Source: Candidatus Micrarchaeota archaeon (lineage in GTDB: Archaea > Micrarchaeota > Micrarchaeia > Anstonellales > Bilamarchaeaceae). Taken from it: DNA of 64,000 bases. The stretch spans positions 356,113-420,112 of the forward strand of contig JBDRCX010000006.1 of the NCBI GenBank assembly GCA_043821365.1. The letters run 5' to 3'. A program made the position numbers and the translations under genes. Position 1 is the first letter of the stretch, and each line of letters begins with the position of its first letter. This document shows, piece by piece, positions 18,653 through 27,011 of this stretch. Under the pieces are notes generated by a model that worked only from the letters and a program-made list of their open reading frames with translations, searched no databases and was not told the origin of the DNA.

Positions 18653-19846
18653 CTAGTTTCCAAATAAATTCTTTTTTAGAATCTCTAAAACCTGGTCTGA
18701 GTGCGGGCCAAGTCTTATCAAAGTTGTTTGGCCTCTCACTCCTTTTCCACTTGGAGTTGTAATTATTAATCCTAAAACTTCAAGGTCATTTAGATATTCT
18801 TTATACCATCTTGAGCTTCTAGGTCTTTTTCTTGTCATCTTACATGTTCTTTCATACTCCTCATAGACTTCTCCAGACAATAACATACCTGTATTTTCCG
18901 TACCTTCAAGCCTAGAATATTTACTTCCACTGTTTGTAAGGTTGGCAATTGCATAAAGGACAAGCTGATGCATCTCGGGGAGAGTGTTTATTGTTTCAAG
19001 TGTTATATCAAGTTCCACTTTCTTTCTTGCAGCTTCAACATCAGTATCAGATATTTTTTCTCGTTTATCATGTTGTACCATTTCAGCTGCTTTGTTCAAC
19101 AGTTTAAGGGCATATCTTGCATCACCATTTTCTTGTGAAGTGATTGCAGCAGCAAGGTTTATGGCAGAGTCATCCACAGTATCTGCTACAAATGCACTTT
19201 CTATTCGCTGATTCAATATTTTCCTGAGCTGCTCTGCAGTATATGGTTGAAATATCATTTCTGTTTCATATAAACTACTTCTACTTCTTGGGTCTAGAGA
19301 GTCTTTGAAAGAAAGTCTGTTTGAAATTCCTATCATACTTACTCCGCCTTTTTTTACTTCATCGTTTGAGCGTGTAAGGGTATATACAAGGTCATCAAGA
19401 TCTTTGACCATATCTATTTCGTCTAATACTATTATCAGTTGCTCTCCTTTTGATGCAACCTCAACTAGTTTTTCATATAAAAACGGTAAACCAAATCCAG
19501 CCTTTTCCAATTCAGGTACATAATCTTTCAAAATACGTTGGAGAATTCTATATCTTGAATTATAAATTCTGCAATTTATGTAATGTATGCTGCCCTTATC
19601 TTTGCTTTTAGCACCATTAAATTCTTCCATTACTCTTTTGGTAGTGCATGTTTTTCCTGTGCCTGTTTTCCCATAAATAATAAGATTTCTTGGCTTTTGC
19701 TCTTTCAATGCAGGGGAAATTATGGTCATTATGTCATAAAGCTGTTGCTCTCTGAAGTGTAAGTCTTTTGGTACATAATGAGGAGATAAGACTGATGCAT
19801 CCTTGAAGATGGTCTTCTCTGATAGTATTTTATCAAAAGAAGTCAT
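18653..19846 (-). CDS. cdc6: Orc1/Cdc6 replication initiator
   Basis: L.PHYVP..L.FRE, YGKTGTGKT, IVLDEID and GDARYA motifs; C-terminal wHTH. Confidence 0.95.
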   Translation of the reverse strand: MTSFDKILSEKTIFKDASVLSPHYVPKDLHFREQQLYDIMTIISPALKEQKPRNLIIYGKTGTGKTCTTKRVMEEFNGAKSKDKGSIHYINCRIYNSRYRILQRILKDYVPELEKAGFGLPFLYEKLVEVASKGEQLIIVLDEIDMVKDLDDLVYTLTRSNDEVKKGGVSMIGISNRLSFKDSLDPRSRSSLYETEMIFQPYTAEQLRKILNQRIESAFVADTVDDSAINLAAAITSQENGDARYALKLLNKAAEMVQHDKREKISDTDVEAARKKVELDITLETINTLPEMHQLVLYAIANLTNSGSKYSRLEGTENTGMLLSGEVYEEYERTCKMTRKRPRSSRWYKEYLNDLEVLGLIITTPSGKGVRGQTTLIRLGPHSDQVLEILKKNLFGN

Positions 19847-19958
19847 GTTTTGTTGTTGTTGGCATTTGTTTATAAAACCAGAATAGTGGAAGTTTGGGTC
19901 ATTTGCTTAGATTTTAATAGCTTATCCTATACAATGAAACCTATTGGAGGCGAATTAT

Positions 19959-20351
19959 ATGATAGTAGGTGAAAGAATACTAGAAGTAAGTGGAACTAAA
20001 GTTCCAAAAATGAACATACAAGGCCTTAACATCAACATATCTCTTGAAGATGTTAAACTTGAAGAAGAAACATTGGAGTTGACTTATGTTTATACTGCCA
20101 GCTACCAAAAAGAAGTTGGCACTCTTAAGATAAAAGGAGTCCTTTTGGCTAAAGAAGATGAAACAAAGTCAAAAGCAATTCTTGATACTTGGAAGAAGAG
20201 CAAAAAAGTTCCAGATGATTACGCAACCACTGTGCTCAGTGCAATCAATTATAGTGGAAGTGCAAATGGAACTCTAATTGCAAGGGTTTTGGGCCTTACT
20301 GCTCCGTTAATCCCACCAAAAATCCAACTTTCAAAGACTGCTAAAAAATAA
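19959..20351 (+). CDS. conserved hypothetical protein
   Basis: ATG after GGAGGCGA; beta-strand-rich, ends LTAPLIPP. Confidence 0.7.
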   Translation: MIVGERILEVSGTKVPKMNIQGLNINISLEDVKLEEETLELTYVYTASYQKEVGTLKIKGVLLAKEDETKSKAILDTWKKSKKVPDDYATTVLSAINYSGSANGTLIARVLGLTAPLIPPKIQLSKTAKK

Positions 20352-20354
20352 TTT

Positions 20355-20768
20355 TTATTTTTCTGATAATTTTTTTAAGGCAGTTAAGGCTGCCTCTTTT
20401 CTTTCATACTGAACAAAAATATGATCATGATGATAGGCAGAAACAGCATTACAGCTTATTTTTTCTTTTGCAAGTGCATCTGCTATTTTAGCCATAAATC
20501 CAACAGCCATCAAATCTGAATTGACTTCAAGTGTTATGAGGGCAAAAGGTCCCTGGATTCTTTCTGTAAGGTCTTTCATATCGTCAAGAATATCATCAGA
20601 AAAAATAACAGTTAATCCCTCCTTCTCTTTATACACACAAACAATATAATCAAGATAACCACTAAGGTTCATCAGATACTGATCATCAAAAGATCCAATG
20701 AAATATTTTTCATTCTTTAAGTTTGGTTTCATATTTTTTAATAATTCATCGAGGTTGCTTATTGTCAT
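20355..20768 (-). CDS. ACT-domain protein (DUF2241-like)
   Basis: EKEGLTVI, ITLEVNSDLMAVGF and ISCNAVSAYHHDHIFV motifs. Confidence 0.85.
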   Translation of the reverse strand: MTISNLDELLKNMKPNLKNEKYFIGSFDDQYLMNLSGYLDYIVCVYKEKEGLTVIFSDDILDDMKDLTERIQGPFALITLEVNSDLMAVGFMAKIADALAKEKISCNAVSAYHHDHIFVQYERKEAALTALKKLSEK

Positions 20769-20776
20769 AATACCAC

Positions 20777-21856
20777 CTAAACAAAAACAGCGCTCCCCTT
20801 ACATGTAAAGAAAACAGCCAAATGTTGGGGCAATTCCATGGTTTCATCCTTTTTGAATGGTCCGACGCCAATCATCTCTAGCAGGGGCACATTTTCAACA
20901 AATCGTATTCTCATTCTTTTATCTGTTCCAAATACAGCATCTTTCCACGGATTGAATTTTTCAATATCATTGAATACTTTTGCAATCAAACCAGTGTCCC
21001 CATGGATACTATTCGGTACACGTATCAATTTGCTTAGATCCTGGGTCACACCAACATCAGTATCAACAGAATGAATTGGTAATCCATCTGCAACTACTTT
21101 TAATCTTTTTACAATGTCATTGAATTTCAATGATGTTTTGCTCCAGTTTCCTTCATTTATACCACTTATGAAAAACTCTCTATTTTTTTCTTTTGAAAAT
21201 AATCTTGAAATTGCAGTTGGATTTTCTTTAATCAATTTAATAACATCACGTGCCATTCTTCCTCTGTACCCACTTTCATCTGGTCGTGGGCCTGTTAATC
21301 TCTTATCGTCTCCAATTGTGAAAAACTGAGTGTAATTCAGTCCCTGGCCCATAACATAATCAACAAGTTCTCGTCTTTCATCTCCTCCAATAGATAGGAA
21401 TGCAGGATCTCTGACATGGACATGGTAGCCACGATTTCCTGAGAAAACAACTGCTATGTGTTCTTTTTTAATACCAAAATCATTGATAAGAAAGTCCCCA
21501 ACTAACCGAATAAGATCTCCCTTAACTTCATCAAGCTTGGCATATACGCCATATTTTCCTTCTGCATGTATGTCTAGATCAAAAACAAGATCTGCTGCTT
21601 TCCATTGTTTCTTTTGTATTGGGGTGGCTCCTGGAAAGTCATAATATGCAGTTGAATGGGAAACAAATAATGGGGTGTTGGTTGCCAAATATCGTCTGAA
21701 TTCTCCTACTGTTGTAAAATTTAAATGCCTTGCATCTATCTTTTTAATATTCCCAAATCCAAATTCACGTTTTTCAATCCCTGGTATTTGGAAATCTGCA
21801 TTTTCGTAGTATGAAGCGAATATTTTTTTAACTACTAAAGCATCCTGTCGGTTCAT
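20777..21856 (-). CDS. priS: DNA primase catalytic subunit
   Basis: REFGF, DLVFDLD, FSGNRGYHVH and LIRVPNSIH motifs. Confidence 0.95.
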   Translation of the reverse strand: MNRQDALVVKKIFASYYENADFQIPGIEKREFGFGNIKKIDARHLNFTTVGEFRRYLATNTPLFVSHSTAYYDFPGATPIQKKQWKAADLVFDLDIHAEGKYGVYAKLDEVKGDLIRLVGDFLINDFGIKKEHIAVVFSGNRGYHVHVRDPAFLSIGGDERRELVDYVMGQGLNYTQFFTIGDDKRLTGPRPDESGYRGRMARDVIKLIKENPTAISRLFSKEKNREFFISGINEGNWSKTSLKFNDIVKRLKVVADGLPIHSVDTDVGVTQDLSKLIRVPNSIHGDTGLIAKVFNDIEKFNPWKDAVFGTDKRMRIRFVENVPLLEMIGVGPFKKDETMELPQHLAVFFTCKGSAVFV

Positions 21857-22779
21857 TTTTTTGTTCCCTCTGTTTTCAATCCAGGCCAGTTTAATGGATG
21901 CCCTATTCTACAAACAGCACAACAAAGTCCATATGTCATTATCGTAGCACATGATGGTACATTGTAGCCTTTTTTCTTTATGTGGCCTATTTGGTATCTT
22001 GTAATCTTTTCACTAAAATCAGGCAAATTTGAATAAAGCTGATTTATTTGATCCTCATTCATTCCAATCCCAAGCAAGTAAGTCACCAGATACCATCTTG
22101 CATGGTGAGGAAGGTTATTGTGTTTTTTGATTTCTTCTAGCAGTTTTTCAATACACGGTGGATGACTTTCAACATTGATAATAATCTTGGTTTCTGCCTT
22201 TGGAATCTCATTAAGCAGTTTCTGCCCAGCTTTTTTTATCATTTCTGGTGGGTCTCTTACCAAAGGTATGTTCTCAATATGTTTCTTTGCTGCTTCTTCT
22301 ATTAGTCTTTTTTTCTCATCATTTGTTATTTCTACCAACCCGCTGAAAAGCTTTCTATTTATCAGCCTATAATGGGGGTTTTTGATGCTATACTTAAGGT
22401 AGGTTGGCAGATCTATCAAAATTCTATTTTTTTCTGTTTTTGTTTCAATCCCAAAGACTAAACCAACCTTCTCTATCATCTGTTGGTTTTCATGGTCAAG
22501 GTGTGCCCTCACCATTTTGGATTCATTCACTGCAAATCGGTTTGTTAGGAAATTATTTTTCAGTTGCCCTAAAATCATTCTGGCAGCTGCAAATGAGGCA
22601 ATTTCTTCTTTTTTATCTAATTCGTGCAAAAGCATTTTCGGGCTGCTTTTTTCAGTCAATGCTTTCTTTATTCTCTCTACACCAAGATCAATAATCCGTT
22701 CACTAAGATCCACTCCTTTTATGTATGCTTTAGCGCTTTCGCTGAACGGGTATCTTAGTGCGAATTCCAGCCCTTCCAT
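21853..22779 (-). CDS. priL: DNA primase large subunit
   Basis: RYPF N-terminus, HPPCI, PDF.EKITRYQ..HI, Y.VPSC..I...GLC, HPL. Confidence 0.9.
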   Translation of the reverse strand: MEGLEFALRYPFSESAKAYIKGVDLSERIIDLGVERIKKALTEKSSPKMLLHELDKKEEIASFAAARMILGQLKNNFLTNRFAVNESKMVRAHLDHENQQMIEKVGLVFGIETKTEKNRILIDLPTYLKYSIKNPHYRLINRKLFSGLVEITNDEKKRLIEEAAKKHIENIPLVRDPPEMIKKAGQKLLNEIPKAETKIIINVESHPPCIEKLLEEIKKHNNLPHHARWYLVTYLLGIGMNEDQINQLYSNLPDFSEKITRYQIGHIKKKGYNVPSCATIMTYGLCCAVCRIGHPLNWPGLKTEGTKK

Positions 22780-23290
22780 ACTTTCTTTTCTCCTTTTTGA
22801 CTTTTATACTCTTGCTTATGAAATCGAATAATTCATAGCCAATGTCAAATATAATTATTCCCAGGAAATAATCCCATCTACCGATTATAATGAGAATTGC
22901 TGATCCTACCTTCAAGAATGGGCGATATTTAACAAGCGGTCTTAATCTTCCGATGTAGTCTTGTTCGTCTAAGAAAGCAAGTACCATGAAGTAAATTAAC
23001 CAGATCCCTTCTATTTGTGGAAATCCAAAGACTACTAATGCACAAATAGTAACCAAGAAACCAAATCTATGTGTAAATGTGTCTATTTTTCTTGCAAGTA
23101 TCTGTGCCAATAAAGCCCCAAGGAACAAAAGACCAAAACTAGCTGAACTAGTGACAAACCCAACTAAAATTCCATATGCAAATGCCAATGGTATTTTATG
23201 CCAGATGGAAGTCTTTCTGTCATCTTCCATCCAATCCACTACCTTTACGAGAAGACCAGCTAAAAATGCAAGAGCTAATAATTCAAACAT
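22730..23290 (-). CDS. hypothetical integral membrane protein
   Basis: Several TM helices; K..D..ED and KID..H motifs. Confidence 0.7.
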   Translation of the reverse strand: MFELLALAFLAGLLVKVVDWMEDDRKTSIWHKIPLAFAYGILVGFVTSSASFGLLFLGALLAQILARKIDTFTHRFGFLVTICALVVFGFPQIEGIWLIYFMVLAFLDEQDYIGRLRPLVKYRPFLKVGSAILIIIGRWDYFLGIIIFDIGYELFDFISKSIKVKKEKRKYGRAGIRTKIPVQRKR

Positions 23291-23294
23291 ATTA

Positions 23295-24179
23295 TCACTT
23301 CAAGAACTTTTTCATAATCAATGGAACTGCAATCGAAGCATCACAATCAACTGTTATATGGTTTGCTTTTTCTTTAATCTTTCCCCATGAAATACCCTCT
23401 GTTGTCCTTGCTCCGCTTAATGATCCATCCCAAGGGGATGAGGTTGTCACATAAACAGCATAATCAAAACCATCTCTAAGTAAATTCACACCTATTGCAT
23501 GGTGTTTTGAAATTCCACCACCAAGAATAATTCCACCTGTTTTTTTTGCATTCATTGCCATTTGAGCAAGTTGGTTCATGTCCTTGGTTACATCAATACC
23601 AAAATCTTTTCTTTTTTGTTTAAAGAAATATGTCTGCAGTCCAATTGCAGAATCAGTTATTCCTGGGCAGAAAACAGGAATTTTATTTTTAGTACACCAG
23701 TGAAGAAAAGAATCTTCGTTTGTTTTTTCACCTATTTTATGTGCAATTTGTGATGGCGAAACTTTCCTATCTGGTTGACTTTGATATAATTCTTCAAAAA
23801 CTGGTTGCATGAATTTTTCAAGATGAACATAACATTCATTTGGCACCAAAATATTACCAATTCTATTTATGCCTTTTTGGTGGAGTTCTTTATCATCCAT
23901 CATAAAATCCCCAATCAAATACTTCTTTGATGAGCGGATAAGGTCATGATCTATACTGCCTCCTGCAGTTATTATAACATCAACAAACTTTTTTTTGCAC
24001 ATCTCTGTGAAAATACCCCGCAATCCAGATGCCACCATATTTGAGGTAAATGTTAGAAATACGGTTGCACCTTCCTTTTTCATTTTCGCAACTATATCAA
24101 TAGCATTTCCAATATTTGTTGCTTGGAATCCTGTAGATGCATAATCATAATCTCCTAAATTAATGTCTTTAACATCCAT
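23295..24179 (-). CDS. dys: deoxyhypusine synthase
   Basis: GFQAT, FTSNMVASGLR, GGGISKHH and DGSLSGA..EGISWGK motifs. Confidence 0.95.
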   Translation of the reverse strand: MDVKDINLGDYDYASTGFQATNIGNAIDIVAKMKKEGATVFLTFTSNMVASGLRGIFTEMCKKKFVDVIITAGGSIDHDLIRSSKKYLIGDFMMDDKELHQKGINRIGNILVPNECYVHLEKFMQPVFEELYQSQPDRKVSPSQIAHKIGEKTNEDSFLHWCTKNKIPVFCPGITDSAIGLQTYFFKQKRKDFGIDVTKDMNQLAQMAMNAKKTGGIILGGGISKHHAIGVNLLRDGFDYAVYVTTSSPWDGSLSGARTTEGISWGKIKEKANHITVDCDASIAVPLIMKKFLK

Positions 24180-24183
24180 CTTA

Positions 24184-24930
24184 TCATCTCTTTGCAAGTT
24201 CATCTGCTAAATCAGAAGCACAAAAATTAAATCCAAATTTTTTCTTTAATCTTTTCCCTGCCTGTCCATTCATACAAGCCCCAACAAAAGCAGAGTTCAA
24301 AGCAGGATTTTTACAAAACAAAGCAGCAATCAGACCAGCAAGAACATCACCGGTGCCCCCTTTTGTCATACCTTGATTGTGCACTTTATTCACCATTGTT
24401 CTTTTACCATCAGAAACAATATCTCCTGCTGGATCCTTTTTGATTATCACCACACCATAGCTATCTGCCATCTTTTGCACATTCTTTTTTGTGCCTTTAC
24501 ACTCAAAAAGTGCGGTAAATTCTTTTTCATGTGGTGTTAGTATTGTTGAGCCTGGTTTCAGTTGACAGAGTTTTCCTTTAATGAGTCTAAGTCCATCTCC
24601 ATCTATAACAAGCCGTTTACTATTTTTTATTAGGTAATCAACATCTACCTTTGCATTTGCAAGTCCAATACCAAAAAGAACACAATCACATTTTTTGACA
24701 ATGTTAAGATCATAAACAAACATGGCTTCAGGTATTGTTTTGATGGCGTTAATCAAATAAGGATCCTTTTCACCAGGGTAAAAATAAAGTAAATCCACAA
24801 AACGTCTTGCAGCTAAAATGGAAAACATTGGAGCTCCTTGATATTCTTTGCTTCCACCAACTATCAAAAGTTTCCCATTCTGTCCTTTATGAGAATATTT
24901 TGGCGGAACATATGATTTCATGGCTGCCAT
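24184..24930 (-). CDS. nnrD: ADP-dependent NAD(P)H-hydrate dehydratase
   Basis: HKGQNG.LLIVGGS..Y.GAP, ILTPH..EF and GGTGDVLAG motifs. Confidence 0.9.
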   Translation of the reverse strand: MAAMKSYVPPKYSHKGQNGKLLIVGGSKEYQGAPMFSILAARRFVDLLYFYPGEKDPYLINAIKTIPEAMFVYDLNIVKKCDCVLFGIGLANAKVDVDYLIKNSKRLVIDGDGLRLIKGKLCQLKPGSTILTPHEKEFTALFECKGTKKNVQKMADSYGVVIIKKDPAGDIVSDGKRTMVNKVHNQGMTKGGTGDVLAGLIAALFCKNPALNSAFVGACMNGQAGKRLKKKFGFNFCASDLADELAKR

Positions 24931-24971
24931 ACTTTCTATGGAACGCTGGATAATTAAAATCATGCGTGTAA

Positions 24972-25775
24972 TCAGAAATTATACTTCCTGATCTTTTTGT
25001 TAATTGTTTCAGCTTCTCTAAGTGCAGCTTCTGCAGCTCCTCCCCCTTTTTCAAATGCATATGCTATTGATGATGATGCATTTATTCTGTGTATTGGTAA
25101 ATAGTCTTTTATTGCATTCAAAACCATATCAAGGTCTCCACCCTGTGCACCGATTCCAGGAATTAAGAATGGCACCTTTCCATTTGTTTTTTTAGCAAGA
25201 ACCCGTATTGAATCAGAAGTTGCACCTACGACAGCACCACATCCCCATTCAACTGCTTTTTCCATTACTTTTTCATATACTCTTGCCTTTCCTTCACATC
25301 TAAGTTCTTGGAAATCATTTGCTCCTGCGTTTGATGTTTTACAAAGTACATAGGCTAATTTTCCTTCTCGTAAAAATGGCAAAACAGAATCCGAACCCAT
25401 ATACGGACTTACAGTAACTGCATCAGCACCCCAGAAATCATATGCTTCTTTTGCATATGCTTCACTTGATTTTCCAATATCTCCTCTTTTAACATCTAAA
25501 ATGATTGGAATTTTATTTTTGTAGTTTGACATAAGAGTTTGTAGGGCTCCCAGTCCATCAAATCCATATTGTGCAAAATAAGCATAGTTTGGTTTTATTG
25601 CTGCAATTGCATTCTCATCTATCAACTTATCTAGTATATCAGAAAAAAAGTGTTCTATTGCTACTTTTGTTGGGAATGCAGGTAACGAAACCATGATTCT
25701 TTGTAAATCAGGGTCAATACCAAAACAAAGAACAGTCTTATTTTCTTTTGCAAATTGAATTAATTTCTCTCGCAT
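24972..25775 (-). CDS. pyrF: orotidine-5'-phosphate decarboxylase
   Basis: LCFGIDP, ILDVKRGDIG, SPYMG and LIPGIGAQGG motifs. Confidence 0.95.
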   Translation of the reverse strand: MREKLIQFAKENKTVLCFGIDPDLQRIMVSLPAFPTKVAIEHFFSDILDKLIDENAIAAIKPNYAYFAQYGFDGLGALQTLMSNYKNKIPIILDVKRGDIGKSSEAYAKEAYDFWGADAVTVSPYMGSDSVLPFLREGKLAYVLCKTSNAGANDFQELRCEGKARVYEKVMEKAVEWGCGAVVGATSDSIRVLAKKTNGKVPFLIPGIGAQGGDLDMVLNAIKDYLPIHRINASSSIAYAFEKGGGAAEAALREAETINKKIRKYNF

Positions 25776-25909
25776 AATTATCTATACAATCTGCTGTTTA
25801 AATTGGTTTTGTCTATTTTGCTTTTTTCACAGCACCATTAAGCAAATAATATAAAGTGGTTCTATCTAGTAATACTACTCTCAGCTATAGTTGTCTGAGT
25901 ATGTTATTT

Positions 25910-26085
25910 GGGGTCGTGGCGTAAGGCGTGCACGCAATCCGGTAGCGCGGCTGGCTCCAGATCTCTCTTGCAAATGCAAGAATTTTGAGCCGCGAAATCA
26001 GCATGTTAGAGTTCAACAAACTTTTTTAGTAAAAGAGTTGACAAAAAACTAGCTAAAAAAGTGCGAAAAGATCTCTACGACCCCA
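25910..26085 (+). tRNA. tRNA-Trp(CCA) with three introns: 15/16 (25925-25937), 37/38 (25961-25996), 58/59 (26017-26070)
   Basis: Acceptor GGGGTCG/CGACCCC; removing the three inserts gives D arm GCGT AATCCGGTA GCGC, anticodon arm GCTGG CT-CCA-GA TCAGC and T arm TAGAG TTCAAAT CTCTA. Confidence 0.88.
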
Positions 26086-26143
26086 TTTTGCTCTTGTAAA
26101 ATGCGGAACCATTGAATCAAATTCATTATGGCCCCATTTTGCT
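26081..26143 (+). repeat. 12-bp direct repeat overlapping the tRNA-Trp 3' end, flanking hairpins
   Basis: CCCCATTTTGCT at 26081-26092 and 26132-26143. Confidence 0.75.
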
Positions 26144-26165
26144 TATATGTTATTGAGGTGTTATA

Positions 26166-27011
26166 ATGAGGGATCTTATATTATTTGGTATTTTAACAAT
26201 TCTATTATTCGGGTGCATTAATCCATATCAACCAGAACAAAACACCACTCCATCTGTTATAACTAGTCTTGATAACACCTCAAATATCCAACTAGTTCTT
26301 CCTGAAAATTACGCAGTTCAAGCAGGTGATCATGTTTGGGTAGACTATACGCTATGGGTAGATGGAGAAGTTCTTGATACAAGCAATGCAACATTAGCTA
26401 ATGAATCGGGTATTTACAATCCAGGAAGAAATTACAAACCAATTGACTTTGATGCTACTTTGAATTCTGGTATGATCAAAGGATTTGTTTTGAACATATT
26501 AGGGATGGTTGTAAATGAAACCCTAACTTTCCAAGTTGCTCCTAAGTATGGTTATGGGCCACATGATCAAAATAAAATGATTATTGTACCTCGCTATTAT
26601 GAACAGCCGTTATATGAAACCGTACCACTTGCATATTTCGAGTCAATTGGTATGAATGTAACTAATGGCACTTCAGTTTCATCTGATCCACTTGTTTTTG
26701 TATCAGATATTAATGATGAAAATGTCACATTGTTCTATCTTCTTATGGCTGGGCAACAATTCTCTCAAAACGGGCTGCCAAGAAAGGTGATAAACGTTAG
26801 TAATGTTTCTGCAAATATTGAAATCCTGCTTCAAACTAACAAAACATATTCCATTCCACATCCTGAGACTGGAGTAACAACCCAATTCCTTGTGACTGAC
26901 ATAACAGATAGTAACATTACTTTAGATAGCAATCATTATCTGGCTAATAAAACACTTACTTTCAAAGTAACAGTAATTAAAATTCAACATGGAGATTTAG
27001 TTAGTGAGTAG
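26166..27011 (+). CDS. FKBP-type peptidyl-prolyl isomerase lipoprotein with expanded insert-in-flap
   Basis: LLFGC lipobox; GDHVWVDYT..GEVLDTS, MIKGF, P.YGYG and NHYLANKTLTFKV motifs. Confidence 0.85.
   Translation: MRDLILFGILTILLFGCINPYQPEQNTTPSVITSLDNTSNIQLVLPENYAVQAGDHVWVDYTLWVDGEVLDTSNATLANESGIYNPGRNYKPIDFDATLNSGMIKGFVLNILGMVVNETLTFQVAPKYGYGPHDQNKMIIVPRYYEQPLYETVPLAYFESIGMNVTNGTSVSSDPLVFVSDINDENVTLFYLLMAGQQFSQNGLPRKVINVSNVSANIEILLQTNKTYSIPHPETGVTTQFLVTDITDSNITLDSNHYLANKTLTFKVTVIKIQHGDLVSE

Noticed and set aside
19847-19958. Replication origin beside cdc6
   Set aside because: Short spacer with no repeated ORB/G-string motifs that I can recognise.
25961-25996. C/D-box guide RNA in the tRNA-Trp intron, as in many euryarchaea
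   Set aside because: Only 36 nt, with no RUGAUGA or CUGA boxes.
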